Part shown: one piece after another, positions 8,254-18,079 of the stretch
How the letters are laid out: each line of letters starts with the position of its first letter
Position numbering within the stretch: the first letter of the stretch is position 1
NCBI GenBank assembly: GCA_964415515.1
Contig: CAYQAP010000002.1
Location: 28,443-92,442 of the forward strand
DNA from: an uncultured Gammaproteobacteria bacterium
GTDB lineage: Bacteria > Pseudomonadota > Gammaproteobacteria > Arenicellales > DRJH01
Length of the DNA stretch: 64,000 nucleotides
Reading direction: 5' to 3'
The notes under the pieces: model-generated
The model's input: the letters and a program-made list of their open reading frames with translations, nothing else
Told to the model about the DNA's origin: nothing
The model's database searches: none
Program-made: the position numbers and the translations under genes

Positions 8254-9455
8254 ACATCCTCATAGGTCACACTAACTATATCGTAGCTGGCGGCGAAGAC
8301 TCCAGTGTTCTCGCCGAGACAGCGTTGCTTCAGGCACATGACCATCAAGTGCTCTTCTATGCCAGAGATAACCATGAAATTCAATCGTATTCTTTGCTCC
8401 AGAATTTAGGACTTTTCTTTACCACCCGCTGGTCACAACATACATACCAGCGTATCTATGATTTGTGCTATAAGCAAAAACCCGATATCGCCCACTTTCA
8501 TAATACATTCCCTCTCCTTTCTCCTGCTGTTTACTACGCCTGCCAGGATGCAAAGGTACCAGTTGTTCAAACACTGCATAATTATCGACTTATCTGTCCG
8601 GGTGCATTACTGCTCCGAGATGGCAGAGTCTGTGAACAATGTCTTAACCAGTCTCTCTACAAAGCAGTGCTACATGGTTGTTATCGGAACTCTGCCATAC
8701 AGACTTTGGCTGTCTCCAGAATGCTATCTTACCACCGTAACAAAAACACCTGGAATAACAAAGTTGATCAATATATAGCTTTAACCAATTTTGCCAAGAC
8801 AATGTTTGTTCGAGCTGGCCTTCCGGAACAACGAATAACCGTTAAGCCTAATTTCACAGCCGACCCCGACAACCTCGTTTTGCCTCAGCAGCGTTGTGGT
8901 GCGGTGTATGTTGGCCGATTAAGCCAGGAAAAAGGAATCATAACGCTACTGAGGTCCTGGAAAAATATAGCTCAGCCACTTAACGTTGTCGGTGGTGGGC
9001 CGTTACTGAACACTGCCCTGAGCTCAGCTTCTTCATGTGTAAAAATTTTAGGCAACCTCCCCAGGGACAAGGTTTCTTCAACTATGCAAGAGGCGCTGTT
9101 TCTCGTTTTACCCTCCGAGTGCTACGAGGGATTTCCCCTGGTCATTGCAGAAGCTTTCGCCCATGGTCTCCCCGTTGTTTGCTCAAGGCTAGGGGGCATG
9201 CAGGAAATTGTTAAAGATCACCTTACTGGCTTGCACTTTACGCCGGGTGATGCACAAGACCTGGCCGTAAAATGCCAGTGGCTTTTTGACCACCCGGAGG
9301 AGCGTTTAAACATGTCGGAATGTGCCCGTGCTGAGTACCTCAAACATTACACTCCAGAAACAAACTATAACCTTCTCCTGGATATCTACCGATCAACAAT
9401 TATGCAGTACCGCTCAAACCAGGAAAACCCGCATGATTCTTCAGGCCACTCATGA
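8250..9455 (+). CDS. Glycosyltransferase family 1/4
   Basis: 401 aa. LSQEKGI, ECYEGFPLVIAEAFAHGLPVVCSRLGGMQEIV (E-x7-E region). ATGA overlap with the upstream gene. Confidence 0.85.
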   Translation: MNILIGHTNYIVAGGEDSSVLAETALLQAHDHQVLFYARDNHEIQSYSLLQNLGLFFTTRWSQHTYQRIYDLCYKQKPDIAHFHNTFPLLSPAVYYACQDAKVPVVQTLHNYRLICPGALLLRDGRVCEQCLNQSLYKAVLHGCYRNSAIQTLAVSRMLSYHRNKNTWNNKVDQYIALTNFAKTMFVRAGLPEQRITVKPNFTADPDNLVLPQQRCGAVYVGRLSQEKGIITLLRSWKNIAQPLNVVGGGPLLNTALSSASSCVKILGNLPRDKVSSTMQEALFLVLPSECYEGFPLVIAEAFAHGLPVVCSRLGGMQEIVKDHLTGLHFTPGDAQDLAVKCQWLFDHPEERLNMSECARAEYLKHYTPETNYNLLLDIYRSTIMQYRSNQENPHDSSGHS

Positions 9456-10213
9456 TTCCTTCGGTCAATATTCTTGGAACCCTGGTATCGGCTGTTAATT
9501 CAGAACTGGCCATTGCCACGATTTGCCACTGGATCGAAACCGGGGTTAAAGCCTATGTATGCGTGCGTGATGTGCATGGTATTATTCGCGCCCTACACGA
9601 TCCCGAATTCAAGAAGATCCAAAACCAGGCAGGAATGTGTGTTCCGGACGGAATGCCCACTGTACTGGTCGGGAGGTATTATGGACATACTAAAATGTCC
9701 AGAGTTCGTGGTGCTGATTTTATGAATCAGCTGTCAGCAGTATCCGTCGTCAAATCCATCAGGCATTTCTACTATGGTGGCAAGCCGGGGGTTGCTGATC
9801 TTCTCAAACATCGCATGCAGGCACGATTTCCCGGTTTACAGGTTGTGGGAACCTATTCACCGCCTTTTCGCCCACTCTCATCATCACAGAAAGCCGCGTT
9901 TATCGCCCAGATCGAAGCGCTCGCACCGGACATTATCTGGGTTGGGCTAAGCACCCCAAAACAGGAATCCTGGATGGCAGAATATCTTGAGCTACTCAAT
10001 GTCAAGGTATTGATTGGAGTAGGAGCCGCTTTTGATTTTCACACCGGGTTGGTCAAAGAGGCACCTAAGTGGATGCAAAAGTCCGGATTCGAATGGCTGT
10101 TCAGACTTTTTTCGGAACCTCGCAGGCTGTGGAAGCGCTATTTTTACATTATTCCACTTTTCCTGTTTCATTTGTCCTGCCAGTTATCTGGACTGCGTAA
10201 ATACAAGCCCTGA
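9452..10213 (+). CDS. WecB/TagA/CpsF family glycosyltransferase
   Basis: 253 aa. VNSELAIATI..., ADGMP, YGGKPGVA, WVGLSTPKQE, GVGAAFDFHTG, EWLFRLFSEPRRLWKRY are typical of this family. ATGA overlap with the upstream gene. Confidence 0.85.
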   Translation: MIPSVNILGTLVSAVNSELAIATICHWIETGVKAYVCVRDVHGIIRALHDPEFKKIQNQAGMCVPDGMPTVLVGRYYGHTKMSRVRGADFMNQLSAVSVVKSIRHFYYGGKPGVADLLKHRMQARFPGLQVVGTYSPPFRPLSSSQKAAFIAQIEALAPDIIWVGLSTPKQESWMAEYLELLNVKVLIGVGAAFDFHTGLVKEAPKWMQKSGFEWLFRLFSEPRRLWKRYFYIIPLFLFHLSCQLSGLRKYKP

Positions 10214-10295
10214 TCTGCAATGAACTCTTCTGCTTTTAACCACCCCATTAGCGCCTGCCCATGACACTGATCTCACTATTCAGGGAAATTTTGCA

Positions 10296-11723
10296 ATGAG
10301 CCAAAACCAACCTGCCGACAAAGGTCTATTTTATGGCTTTTTGGCACTTCTTTATTGGCTCCCTTTGCCTCTGGGCAGCAATCGGGGCTTTGCCATCATG
10401 ATTTTTGTACTTGTGGTTTGCCTGCTCAGCCTGTGGTGGTTGATTCTTTACTGGAGAAACAGGGTTCGTATTTCTTCAGCCTTCAAAAATACCTGGCCCT
10501 TGCAATTTCTTTTAGTACTATTTCTTGGCTACATTCTTCTGCAGCTACTCCCAATACCATCACCCTGGCTCGCAGCGCTGTCACCGGGATCATTCACCCA
10601 CTGGAACTCAATAAAAATCTTTAGGCCAGATAAAACCTTCGCTGCTCTATCACTCTCCCCTGATGACACATCATGGTTTCTCCTGAAAAGTGTTGGCTAT
10701 GTCCTGCTTTTCAACCTGACATTATTGATGGTCCGTAGTCATTCGCGGATCCGCCTATTACTCTTGACTCTGGTGATCAGTGGAACCTTACAGGCCATCT
10801 ATGGAAGCCTGATGATGTTATCGGGTACGGAATTTAGCTTCTTTGCAAAAAAAGCGGCATATTTGGGTTCGGCAACAGGTACTTTTGTTAATCGTAATCA
10901 CGTAGCCGGTTATCTGGAAATGTGCCTGGCAGCTGGCATCGGCCTGCTGATCATGAGCCTTGACCCACACAACAGTACAAACTGGCGTCAGCGCTTTGCC
11001 AATTTCCTGCGCCTGGTACTAAGCCCCAAAATCAAGGTCAGAGCTGCACTCGCCATTATGGTCATCGGCATGGTTCTCACCCATTCGAGAATGGGAAATG
11101 CTGCTTTTTTCATCAGCCTCATCATTACCGGAATTCTCTGGATGCTGCTCTCTGGACAACGGCCTGGCAAGCCCGTTTTATTACTGTTGACCAGTCTTTT
11201 TGTTATTGACCTCTTCATTGTCGGCAATTGGTTTGGTGTCGACAAGGTAGTAGAGCGTATAGAAAATACCCGGGCCAATGCTGAGACACGCGATGAGGTG
11301 GTCCGTGACAGTATAGTCTATGCAAAAAACTTTCGACTAACAGGCAGTGGTGGCGGGACATTTGCCACAGTGTACCCCATCTTCAGGCAAGCAGATGTTC
11401 AAGGTTTCTATGATCACACCCACAATGACTACCTGGAGTTTCTGCTCGAAACCGGACTTATCGGTACCGCTCTGTTAGGTATCTTTACCGCCAGCAGTGT
11501 GCTCGCCGCTTTGCTCTCGATCCGTAAGAGACATCAAGCTGTAATGCGTGGAACCGGCTTTACTGCAACGATGGGGTTGATCGCGATCCTGATTCATTCC
11601 CTGGTTGATTTTAATCTGCAGATTCCTGCCAATGCAGCATTATTTATGGTTTTGTTAGCCTTGGCCTGGATCGCGTTATTTCTCGGTCGCCATCAACGAT
11701 TGCAAAAATCATCTACTTCCTGA
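10296..11723 (+). CDS. O-antigen ligase / Wzy_C family membrane protein
   Basis: 475 aa, polytopic. Contains a large loop with the HTHNDYLEFLLETGLIG signature. Confidence 0.75.
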   Translation: MSQNQPADKGLFYGFLALLYWLPLPLGSNRGFAIMIFVLVVCLLSLWWLILYWRNRVRISSAFKNTWPLQFLLVLFLGYILLQLLPIPSPWLAALSPGSFTHWNSIKIFRPDKTFAALSLSPDDTSWFLLKSVGYVLLFNLTLLMVRSHSRIRLLLLTLVISGTLQAIYGSLMMLSGTEFSFFAKKAAYLGSATGTFVNRNHVAGYLEMCLAAGIGLLIMSLDPHNSTNWRQRFANFLRLVLSPKIKVRAALAIMVIGMVLTHSRMGNAAFFISLIITGILWMLLSGQRPGKPVLLLLTSLFVIDLFIVGNWFGVDKVVERIENTRANAETRDEVVRDSIVYAKNFRLTGSGGGTFATVYPIFRQADVQGFYDHTHNDYLEFLLETGLIGTALLGIFTASSVLAALLSIRKRHQAVMRGTGFTATMGLIAILIHSLVDFNLQIPANAALFMVLLALAWIALFLGRHQRLQKSSTS

Positions 11724-12364
11724 ATACCCTTGACGCGATAACATAGATACAACTTAAGGTTATAGTGTTTGACCACCTTGATCAGGCGGTCTGGGTCAAT
11801 CCTGACCAGTCTGTTGATCTGTTGCTCCAGTCTTCTTCTCTCCTCAGCATGGAGCTCCGACAAATGGCTAAAATATATTTGTATCCCTCCTATTAGTACG
11901 GTCGGCTCATAGCCTCCCAACTCATCCAATTTCCGCATCGCGGTATGAAACTGTGCATCCCGCTGACCCAGCTTGTCCTTGACTATTGCATAGGAAAGCC
12001 AACCGTAAACATAGGCCGGACGTTGAACTACGGCTCGCGTGTATAAGGTGAGAGCCCGCTGTAAAGCCTGATTGCGAGCTGATCCCGATATTTCAAGTGT
12101 TGACCTCCAAAGAAAAAGATCCCCACCAAGTTGTAACAAGGAGGGACTCGAAGCGTGCCAATAGCTTGCCTTATCAAAAAAGGTATTAGCCTTCTGCCAC
12201 TGCTTGTCCGTCGGACTTTTTCCAGCCTGATCCCAACTGTCTGTATACGCCTGCAAAAAATATTGGTTGATAGAAGCCATTCCCAATCTTACTGCGACAT
12301 AGCCCGTCACCAGCAAAAGGATCACAACAAACAGCAACAGTACTTTTTTAGCCAGTATAGACAT
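11693..12364 (-). CDS. Hypothetical membrane-anchored helical-repeat (TPR-like?) protein
   Basis: 223 aa with an N-terminal TM anchor (VLLLFVVILLLVTGYVAV), then an alpha-helical-looking repeat region. Its 3' end overlaps the convergent ligase-like gene by 31 nt. Confidence 0.45.
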   Translation of the reverse strand: MSILAKKVLLLFVVILLLVTGYVAVRLGMASINQYFLQAYTDSWDQAGKSPTDKQWQKANTFFDKASYWHASSPSLLQLGGDLFLWRSTLEISGSARNQALQRALTLYTRAVVQRPAYVYGWLSYAIVKDKLGQRDAQFHTAMRKLDELGGYEPTVLIGGIQIYFSHLSELHAEERRRLEQQINRLVRIDPDRLIKVVKHYNLKLYLCYRVKGIQEVDDFCNR

Positions 12365-12388
12365 CAGGGTGAAAATCCCTGCTAACCA

Positions 12389-13117
12389 TTACAGACCAAA
12401 ATGTACCGCACTGATAGCTGCTGGCATCTCCTGAAAAAGCCTCACTGCTACCCCTTCTCCGGCGTGCTGACAAACCATATCAAACGCAGCTTGCAATCGT
12501 GGTGGTCGATGCACTAGGTTGTGTGCATCTGTAGCCACCACATCAATCCAGCCACGTTCCAGCATTTGCAGTGCTCGCTTTTTTGCATAAGGTCCAAATC
12601 CTCCAGTAATAGAGCGCGCAGTCACTTGCAGCATTGCCCCTGCTTCCCTAATCGGTTCAATTTTTTCCAGATGGGTCAAAACAGCTTTATTTCGTTCGGG
12701 ATGAGCGACCAGTGGCCTGATGTTATGTGACAATAAATATTTAATAAATTTTACTGTGCCTGGCAAAATCATTGAGTGAGGAAATTCCAGCAGCAGGATT
12801 TTATAGCCACCCAGCTTACCCAAAAAAGGGATTTTATTGCCGGCAATCATGGTCATGACCTGTGGATCAATTCGAACCTCGGCCGCAAAAGCAATGCGCA
12901 ATGGGATGCTGCGTGCTAACAGCGCTTGCTGCAGAATCGTATAAGCCGCCTGTATCGAATGGACGTCATTATCGTACCGATTCAAATGAATATGTGGTGT
13001 GATCACTGAGTGGGTAATACCGTCTTCGACAGCAATTTCCACCAACTTCAGCGCATCATCCAGATCGACTGCACCATCGTCGATACCTGGCAAAAGATGG
13101 CTATGTAAATCGATCAT
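12389..13117 (-). CDS. PHP-family protein-tyrosine phosphatase (CpsB/CapC type)
   Basis: The ORF extends to 13153. The internal start MIDLHSHLLPGIDDGA mirrors the S. pneumoniae CpsB N-terminus (MIDIHSH...DDG). Further His-rich metal motifs are present (TPHIH, AHPERN, ATDAHN). Confidence 0.85.
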   Translation of the reverse strand: MIDLHSHLLPGIDDGAVDLDDALKLVEIAVEDGITHSVITPHIHLNRYDNDVHSIQAAYTILQQALLARSIPLRIAFAAEVRIDPQVMTMIAGNKIPFLGKLGGYKILLLEFPHSMILPGTVKFIKYLLSHNIRPLVAHPERNKAVLTHLEKIEPIREAGAMLQVTARSITGGFGPYAKKRALQMLERGWIDVVATDAHNLVHRPPRLQAAFDMVCQHAGEGVAVRLFQEMPAAISAVHFGL

Positions 13118-13258
13118 ATCACTCGGCAGATTAATTAATAACCAGGGAGACATCCTGAATGTGGAGTTTTTGCTATCAACCCCTTAAGCTGCTTTCAGCA
13201 TAGCAGTCGGTCAACCAGCTGAACAGCCCAGTTTTATCGGTATCGATCGAACTTACGA

Positions 13259-15481
13259 TCAGTCATGGTGATAACCCTCATAGGAACCATAATAGCCATA
13301 ATTATAATTGTAGTAACCTTTGTCACTCTTGCCTTGATCATGCGGAATGTCATTGAGTATTCCGCCGATAATATTGGCACCAATGCGACGTAAGCGTTTG
13401 AGGCCTTCCCGAACGGCCGGAATCGGAGTAGACTCAGATTTGACCACATAGATCACACCACTGGATTTGCTAGCCACTACCAAAGAATCACTTACGGCCA
13501 ATGTTGGTGCAGTGTCAATCACAATGGTGTCAAAGACCTTGCTAAAGGTCTCGAGCATTGCACCGAAACGTTTAGAGGAAAGAAGGGCAACCGGGTTGGG
13601 GGGGATTATCCCGGATGGCATCACATGAATATTGCTGTCATCAATTCGATGTATGCATTTACTGATAGTTGCTATACCAGATACATATTCGGATAAGCCC
13701 GGAGCTTTAGAATCAATACTCCACACTTTAGCTACTGTAGGGCGGCGCATATCGGCATCAATCAGCAGTACTTTGGCAAACTCCGCCAGTGAACTGGCAA
13801 GGCTCCCAGAGATAGAGCTCTTACCTTCCCCAGGTACCGAAGAGGTCACCATGATCACCTTGTAAGGATTGTCCAGACTGGAAAGCAACATCCCGGCACG
13901 GATAGTCCTGATTGATTCTGAATAGTAGGACTGCTGGTGCTCCTGCATATAATTGATTGGGTTTTCACCCGCATTCGTTTTTAATTTCAAGTGCGGTAAA
14001 GTGCCCAATTCGGTCATCTGCAGACGACCCTCCAGATCACCCGTACGACGCAATGTATTATCAAGATGCTCATGCAGGAAAGCCACGAAAATACCAAAAA
14101 ATAATCCCAGGATAGTCGCAATAGAAATAATCAATCCTTTCTTGGGTTTGATCGGCTTCAATGCCGGAACTGCAGGATCGGCAATTCTTGCGCCGGGTTT
14201 GATCAGACCCGTTTGCTTGGTTTCCTTGGAGCGATTTAGAAATAATTCAAACAGCTTTTTATTCGATGCCACATCCCGCATCAGCACACCCAACTGATAA
14301 CTTTTACGACTGGTGGACTGAATAGTGTTCTTGGCAGAATTGATTGCTGACAGCAGGGATTGCTCACTGGTTTTAGCAACTTGATAACTTTTCTGAATAC
14401 TTTCCAGGACCACTCGAACCCGTCGATCGACCGCAATCTTGGCGGCCTTGAGGTCGGCCTTGGCCTGAATTAATTTTGGATGCTTGGGCCCATATCGTTT
14501 GCGCAGGGTTTGTAGATTGCGTTGTGAAACTTCTTCAACCTGCTTTAATTTCCCTAGCAACTGATCATTCAGGACTGCAGGCAGGGTACTCAATTTTTCA
14601 ATTGACCCGCCTTTGAGCCTTTTTACCTGCCGCAGTGCAGTTTCAGCTTCCACCCGTTTCTGGCGAGTCAGTATTAATTTGGTTTGCAATTCCTGAAGCT
14701 GCCTGGAATCGAGCGCCCCTACATCATTGGATTCAAGTAAACCCTGTTTTTCACGGTATTGCTGTAATGCAGTTTCAGACTCCTGCAACTTGTTTTTTAA
14801 TGTTTTCAGGCGATCATCCAGCCAAGTGGAAGCCAGTGTGGTTAGTTGCAACTTGGCATCCATATCATTTTCGATATAAGCCTGAGCCAGTGAGTTGACA
14901 ATTTGAGCAACCAAATTTCGATCGTTGGCCTCAAAACTGATCTTTACCAACTGGCTGGAATTGATGGGAATGACCTGAATACGTTGTGTGACTTGATTCA
15001 CCGTTTTCTCAAAGGTCATATTCGCATTGGCTGGTGGTTTGGCAGTTAGTGATGCAGGTAGCCATGTTGGAAGCCAGCTGCGCCAGTCAAAATCAACCAA
15101 CGGTTTCTTACGATCGACAAATTCCGGATTATTGGTCAACTGCAATTTCTTAACAACCTGTCCAACCAGTTTTCTGGATTTAAGTAGTTCATACTGGGTC
15201 CGAAAATAATCATTCCCCCCTAAGCCGTAGACCTCCTTGATGGAAACCACATTATTCTTGTCTGGAGAAATCAGGAGTATTGCAGACGATTGGTAGATAG
15301 GCTTCATGGAGTAAACAACCAACGTCGCCAAAATAGCAATCATCAGGGTCAGTGTAAGAATACTCCACCGGTGTCGCTTAATGACCTGACCGTACTCACG
15401 AAGGTTCAGCTCACCCTCGTCAGATTTGAGCACAGTTGCAGTCTCGTTCTGCTTTATCTCAGTCAATCTTGCTGTCCTCAC
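13259..15481 (-). CDS. wzc: Polysaccharide co-polymerase / tyrosine autokinase (Wzc-type BY-kinase)
   Basis: 740 aa with a GTG start. Two TM segments flank a long coiled-coil periplasmic domain. The C-terminal P-loop domain has SSVPGEGKSS, LLIDADMRRP and IVIDTAP, followed by a Tyr-rich tail GYYNYNYGYYGSYEGY. Confidence 0.9.
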   Translation of the reverse strand: MRTARLTEIKQNETATVLKSDEGELNLREYGQVIKRHRWSILTLTLMIAILATLVVYSMKPIYQSSAILLISPDKNNVVSIKEVYGLGGNDYFRTQYELLKSRKLVGQVVKKLQLTNNPEFVDRKKPLVDFDWRSWLPTWLPASLTAKPPANANMTFEKTVNQVTQRIQVIPINSSQLVKISFEANDRNLVAQIVNSLAQAYIENDMDAKLQLTTLASTWLDDRLKTLKNKLQESETALQQYREKQGLLESNDVGALDSRQLQELQTKLILTRQKRVEAETALRQVKRLKGGSIEKLSTLPAVLNDQLLGKLKQVEEVSQRNLQTLRKRYGPKHPKLIQAKADLKAAKIAVDRRVRVVLESIQKSYQVAKTSEQSLLSAINSAKNTIQSTSRKSYQLGVLMRDVASNKKLFELFLNRSKETKQTGLIKPGARIADPAVPALKPIKPKKGLIISIATILGLFFGIFVAFLHEHLDNTLRRTGDLEGRLQMTELGTLPHLKLKTNAGENPINYMQEHQQSYYSESIRTIRAGMLLSSLDNPYKVIMVTSSVPGEGKSSISGSLASSLAEFAKVLLIDADMRRPTVAKVWSIDSKAPGLSEYVSGIATISKCIHRIDDSNIHVMPSGIIPPNPVALLSSKRFGAMLETFSKVFDTIVIDTAPTLAVSDSLVVASKSSGVIYVVKSESTPIPAVREGLKRLRRIGANIIGGILNDIPHDQGKSDKGYYNYNYGYYGSYEGYHHD

Positions 15482-15725
15482 ACATACAAGACGTAGTGCT
15501 TAAAAAAACATGCAATACGGCGCACCCAAAAATTTTCGAGATATCACCCCACCAGTGTAGCAAACTATTCACAGCCACCCATCCTGCCACTATGGCCTCA
15601 AACAAGCAAAATCTTGAATTAACTTTAGTTCTTCAGTGCAGTTTATTGTTTTTACTTGACCATTGCAATACGACAAACTTGTCAGTCAAAGAAAGCTGGC
15701 ACAGTAGCCCCAAGCCTATTGGGCA

Positions 15726-16301
15726 TTAGAAGAAGCTACGCTTCACAGTGATCACGTCACCAGGTGTTACCAGGGCACTTAATGTAACCTTGGCAGGAGT
15801 AGCGTCAGGAGTTTTACCGGGAACCACAACAATATTTTCCCGATCAGCACGCTCATTGAACCCGCCGGCCAGGGCAATGGCCTTACGAACTGTCATTCCG
15901 GGCTGAAACGGGTAACCACCTGGTATCTTTACCCAGCCGTTGACATAGAAATTACGATACTGCAGTAAGGATACCGTGACAATAGGATCCACCAAATAAG
16001 GGCCTTTGAGCGTGTCGGTGACGAACTTCTCCAGTTCCGCAGCCGTCATGCCCTGGACCTTGATCGCACCGAGAAATGGATAGGAAATTGTTCCACTATC
16101 ACTGACCAAGGTTTCGATGGTCATATCCGGCTCACCGAGCACCTGTATCTTGATTTTATCACCAGCACCAAATTTGTACTCGGTTTGTGCATCAGCTGAT
16201 GTTGAAAATACCAGAAACATAAATGCTAACAACAGGATAAACCCACTACTGATGAAGCCAGAATTGCTGTAGAACAACCACCTTGTTCGATCCACGGTCA
16301 A
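15726..16301 (-). CDS. Polysaccharide export protein, short Wza/EpsE-like (Poly_export + SLBB)
   Basis: 191 aa with a TTG start and a signal-like N-terminus ending STSADA. GDKIKIQV, YPFLGAIKVQGMTAAELE, YVNGWVKIPGGYPFQPGMTVRKAIALAGG. Confidence 0.8.
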   Translation of the reverse strand: MTVDRTRWLFYSNSGFISSGFILLLAFMFLVFSTSADAQTEYKFGAGDKIKIQVLGEPDMTIETLVSDSGTISYPFLGAIKVQGMTAAELEKFVTDTLKGPYLVDPIVTVSLLQYRNFYVNGWVKIPGGYPFQPGMTVRKAIALAGGFNERADRENIVVVPGKTPDATPAKVTLSALVTPGDVITVKRSFF

Positions 16302-16477
16302 AGCACCTGAGTCACTATGATTTCACTCCCGATACCACATTAATTATTGCTCTGATTTAATAGTACCTATCAGGACCATACCCCCGATACAGATTAATAT
16401 TCTCCCAAGCCAATATAGCAGATCTCTATGCTTGGTGTTGTGCTCTATCGTGTGTCCGAGAATATCTGTTTTCATCT

Positions 16478-17875
16478 TCAGTAAGCATTCTTGCCAGTAA
16501 AGCCCCGAAAAACTGTCATCACGATTATTTTCATGTCCAGCCAAGTGCTCCAGTTCTGGATATACCAGAGATCACACTTGATTCGCTCTTCCATCTTGTC
16601 CTGAGTTTGTGTTTCCCCACGCCAGCCATTAACCTGAGCCCAGCCGGTAATCCCAGGCCTTACCGCATGACGCAACATATAGCCTTTGATTCGCAAGCGA
16701 TAATACTCGTTATGTACGACCGCATGGGGTCTGGGCCCTACAATCGACATTGTACCGGCCAGGACATTAAAAAGCTGGGGGAGTTCATCTAGCGAAGTCC
16801 GGCGGATAAAAGCGCCGACTCTGGTCACTCTCGGATCGTTACGTACTGCCTGTGTTACGATACGATCGTTCTCTCGTGTTGTCATGCTGCGAAACTTCCA
16901 TACCGTAAATTCTTTGCCATCCATCCCATAACGCTTCTGTCTGAATAGCACCGGACCTGGAGAGCTGATTTTTACCGCCACTGCTATCATCAGCATGACC
17001 GGGCTGATAAGGATCAGAATCAACATCGATAACACCATATCCTGCACTCGCTTCAGAAACAGTGCTGCGCCTGTAAACGGAGTTTGAAAGACACTAACCA
17101 TAGAAATGTCATCGAGTGCCTGCCATTGTTGCCCATGAAACAAGTTGAAGGTAAACAAATCCGGGATTATAAATACAGATGCCGTGGTATCGGATAATGC
17201 GCTGAGCAACTCAACAATACGCTTTTTGGCATTGATCGGTAACGCAATATAGATCTGATTAACTTCCCCATTTCGGGCTTTCTCGATTATCGTCTCGAAA
17301 TTACCATCAATCTCGCAGGATGAATTGATCCGTTTTTGTGCAGGCTTTCGGTCATCATAAATACCAAGCAAATCATAGCCGAAATTAGGATGACGCTGGA
17401 TGGCCTTCACCAGATGCATACCCGCATCACTTGCACCCAGGACCGCAACTTTTTGCCGATCATACCCTTTACTACGGGCATAGTACATGATGGTGCGGGT
17501 CAGCCTGCGCCACAGCAACATCGGTACCGGTGTGACAATAAACCAAAAAACTGTCGCCAGACGAGAAAAATTCTCACTCTGTTTGGTGGCATACAAACCA
17601 ACCAACAATACCAACGCTGCAATCACCCAGGTGGTAGTAACCAGCGTGGCCTCGTAAGCAAAGGGAATATTACGCCAAGATCGATAAAGATTGAGCACCT
17701 CTGCGACAATCAGGAAAATTGCAACTGCAACAATATCGAGAAAAATATAGAGTGGTTTATTGGCCACATAGGAATAGGCTTGCAAGGCCACCTGCAAAGA
17801 CAAGTAGATGGCCAGCGCATCAAACAATTTGAAAAGTGCGGACACCAGCAATGACTGATTGTGCTCGCTATTCAT
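16478..17875 (-). CDS. Polyprenyl-phosphate hexose-1-phosphate transferase (WcaJ/WbaP-type priming glycosyltransferase)
   Basis: 465 aa. N-terminal TM bundle, central Rossmann-like region, and a C-terminal bacterial sugar transferase domain (PGPVLFRQKRYGMDGKEFTVWKFRSM, DELPQLFNVLAGTMSIVGPRP). Confidence 0.9.
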   Translation of the reverse strand: MNSEHNQSLLVSALFKLFDALAIYLSLQVALQAYSYVANKPLYIFLDIVAVAIFLIVAEVLNLYRSWRNIPFAYEATLVTTTWVIAALVLLVGLYATKQSENFSRLATVFWFIVTPVPMLLWRRLTRTIMYYARSKGYDRQKVAVLGASDAGMHLVKAIQRHPNFGYDLLGIYDDRKPAQKRINSSCEIDGNFETIIEKARNGEVNQIYIALPINAKKRIVELLSALSDTTASVFIIPDLFTFNLFHGQQWQALDDISMVSVFQTPFTGAALFLKRVQDMVLSMLILILISPVMLMIAVAVKISSPGPVLFRQKRYGMDGKEFTVWKFRSMTTRENDRIVTQAVRNDPRVTRVGAFIRRTSLDELPQLFNVLAGTMSIVGPRPHAVVHNEYYRLRIKGYMLRHAVRPGITGWAQVNGWRGETQTQDKMEERIKCDLWYIQNWSTWLDMKIIVMTVFRGFTGKNAY

Positions 17876-18079
17876 GCTTTCAATGGCCTCACAGGTTATA
17901 AATCAGCGTATCGGCTACCTCCTCAACCGACAGTATAGATCAAAAAACCGACTATTTGAGCAGCATCTACTTCTGTGATCTGCCAAGTTATGGGTCAACA
18001 GTGGCCAACTCACAACTGTGGCCAATTTTTCATCCAGCAGCTAAAATAGCCTCCCCACACCGAACATCCTCCTGTGAAC

